From IMG/VR virus record IMGVR_UViG_2671180676_000009: a stretch of DNA of 34,976 bases. One strand, 5' to 3'. Made by a program: the position numbers and the translations under genes. The notes under the pieces are model-generated. The model was given only the letters and a program-made list of their open reading frames with translations, was not told where the DNA came from and made no database searches. This document shows positions 32,907-34,976 of the stretch, in pieces. Position 1 is the stretch's first letter. Each line of letters begins with the position of its first letter. The DNA is from a virus (Duplodnaviria; Heunggongvirae; Uroviricota; Caudoviricetes).

Positions 32907-33692
32907 GAAGATATTCCTTAAAATATTATTGATTTTCATTGCGATATTGTATGTCTGATTCAGGATATGTTGACTTATACATCGGTTTTGTCTGGGTTAT
33001 TGGATATGCCAATCCCTAATTTTATTAGGGCATGACTAAAAATGCTGAATATGATAAGGAGAGATGTGATTATCAGTATGCTGTTCATATAGCCTCGAAT
33101 TAGTAATGTGTTATATATGATATAGTTGACAATTTTTATCTTGGGTGTTCTTAAAGTTCGTAGATAAACATTGTCGTTTCAGGTATACAGGAATGCTAAC
33201 AGGTGGCAGCAAAAATCAGGCGGTTTATGGCGCAAGCTGAAGCGGCAACTGCAAACTATCTTATGCAGAGACTCTACACGGATTGGGTTTAAAAGTATAC
33301 ATAGATAACAGTTTTTATCTGAAAAAGAAAAATATCAAGGTGATATAGCCTATATGCCTTTGATGCGGAGGAATGAATGTGATGGGAGTGATGTATCTGA
33401 ATAGTTGAAAAACCGCAGACACGCCTTATGCAAGAACGTGCTGCGATTGGCTGGTAAATTTTTCGATAGTGTGAGTATTGAATGATTTCTAGCCGTTCTT
33501 GATTTTACGCATAAATCCATGAAAAAACTACTTATCTGTTGGGGAGTTTTTTTGGGGCATATATGGGACAGAAATAGGCCCCAGATAGACACTGAGATCG
33601 AACTTAGGATGCTTTTTAAAAAAATGCAACTATCTGAAAAAACCTAGAAAACGCCAAGGAAACCACAGGATGGGAAAAAACACCTGTGAATT

Positions 33693-34976
33693 ATGGATTT
33701 CCAGTTATATTCGCTCGGCGCAGCGTTAGTGTTTCATGAAATATTTTTTCCTGAATCATCAACGGCAATGGCGTTAATTCTGGCAATGGGAACCTACGGT
33801 GCAGGTTATGTGGCGCGTATTGTCGGAGCATTTATTTTCGGCAAAATGGGCGACAGAATAGGGCGTAAAAAAGTGCTCTTTATTACCATCACCATGATGG
33901 GGATCTGTACCACCTTAATTGGTGTGTTACCGACCTATGCACAGATTGGTGTTTTTGCACCCATCTTGCTGGTGACGTTGCGTATTATTCAGGGGTTGGG
34001 TGCAGGTGCGGAAATTTCCGGTGCCGGTACGATGCTGGCGGAATATGCGCCAAAAGGTAAGCGCGGAATTATCTCCTCATTTGTGGCTATGGGAACTAAC
34101 TGCGGAACCTTGAGCGCAACGGCAATCTGGGCCTTTATGTTCTTCATTCTCAGTAAAGAGGAACTGCTGGCGTGGGGATGGCGTATACCGTTCCTGGCGA
34201 GTGTTGTCGTGATGGTCTTTGCTATCTGGTTGCGTATGAATCTGAAAGAAAGCCCGGTCTTTGAGAAGGTTAACGACAGTAACCAACCGACAGCAAAACC
34301 TGCACCTGCTGGTAGCATGTTCCAGAGCAAATCCTTCTGGCTGGCAACAGGGCTGCGTTTTGGTCAGGCGGGTAACTCCGGGTTAATTCAGACTTTCCTT
34401 GCAGGCTATTTAGTGCAGACGTTATTGTTTAACAAAGCAATTCCAACAGATGCATTGATGATCAGTTCGATTCTCGGCTTTATGACCATTCCGTTCCTTG
34501 GTTGGTTATCCGATAAAATTGGTCGCCGGATCCCGTATATTATTATGAATACCTCCGCGATTGTGCTGGCATGGCCAATGCTTTCTATCATTGTAGATAA
34601 AAGCTATGCCCCGAGCACCATTATGGTTGCACTGATTGTGATTCATAACTGTGCGGTGCTGGGATTATTTGCTCTGGAAAACATTACCATGGCAGAAATG
34701 TTCGGCTGTAAAAACCGCTTTACCCGGATGGCTATTTCTAAAGAAATTGGTGGTCTTATCGCTTCCGGTTTTGGTCCTATCCTGGCGGGTATTTTCTGCA
34801 CCATGACGGAATCCTGGTATCCGATCGCCATTATGATCATGGCATATTCAGTGATTGGTTTAATCTCTGCGCTGAAAATGCCAGAGGTGAAAGACCGTGA
34901 TTTAAGTGCGCTGGAAGACGCTGCGGAAGATCAACCGCGTGTTGTAAGAGCTGCGCAACCTTCCAGAAGTCTGTAA
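33693..34976 (+). CDS. ydfJ: MFS metabolite:H+ symporter-family transporter, apparently N-terminally truncated (427 aa)
   Basis: ORF begins inside the conserved TM1 motif (MDFQLYSLGAALVFHEIFFPE); in-frame stop 6 nt upstream; 12-TM MFS features downstream (GDRIGRKK, RIIQGLGAGAE). Confidence 0.7.
   Translation: MDFQLYSLGAALVFHEIFFPESSTAMALILAMGTYGAGYVARIVGAFIFGKMGDRIGRKKVLFITITMMGICTTLIGVLPTYAQIGVFAPILLVTLRIIQGLGAGAEISGAGTMLAEYAPKGKRGIISSFVAMGTNCGTLSATAIWAFMFFILSKEELLAWGWRIPFLASVVVMVFAIWLRMNLKESPVFEKVNDSNQPTAKPAPAGSMFQSKSFWLATGLRFGQAGNSGLIQTFLAGYLVQTLLFNKAIPTDALMISSILGFMTIPFLGWLSDKIGRRIPYIIMNTSAIVLAWPMLSIIVDKSYAPSTIMVALIVIHNCAVLGLFALENITMAEMFGCKNRFTRMAISKEIGGLIASGFGPILAGIFCTMTESWYPIAIMIMAYSVIGLISALKMPEVKDRDLSALEDAAEDQPRVVRAAQPSRSL

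Noticed and set aside
33670-33729. Alternative that ydfJ is intact but frameshifted, starting at ATG 33670 (MGKNTCELW...) with a good AAGGAAA RBS
   Set aside because: The ELW in that frame could be the start of the EW(Y/F)DF motif, but no frame upstream encodes the expected hydrophobic first half of TM1; truncation at the prophage junction fits better, though a short upstream ORF cannot be excluded

Overview
Almost the whole window (1 to about 33.69 kb) is one lambdoid prophage of an Escherichia/Shigella-type host, continuing beyond the window start. It joins a Qin-like accessory and lysis region (rem, ydfU, Q antiterminator, cspF/cspB/cspI cold-shock morons, pinholin / SAR endolysin / embedded spanins, gnsB, ydfO, ynfO) to a lambda-type packaging and morphogenesis block (cos, Nu1, A, W, B, C/Nu3, D, E, FI, FII, Z, U, V, G/G-T, H, M, L, K, I, J, lom, stf, tfa), followed by a Pin-family invertase and ydfK. 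The last 1.3 kb is a host MFS transporter gene (ydfJ-like) that appears 5'-truncated at the prophage junction. All calls rest on reading the six-frame ORFs against remembered lambda and E. coli K-12 protein sequences; no search was run. The most notable observations are apparent single-base frameshifts in homopolymer runs that break head gene C once and the side tail fibre gene stf twice. Also notable are an intact lambda-like cos site inside the prophage, an orphan invertase with no invertible segment, an Arc-like RHH gene paired with a DUF1398 gene beside cos, and several small zinc-ribbon or mini-ORFs in the moron region. I found no tRNA, rRNA, CRISPR array or IS element.
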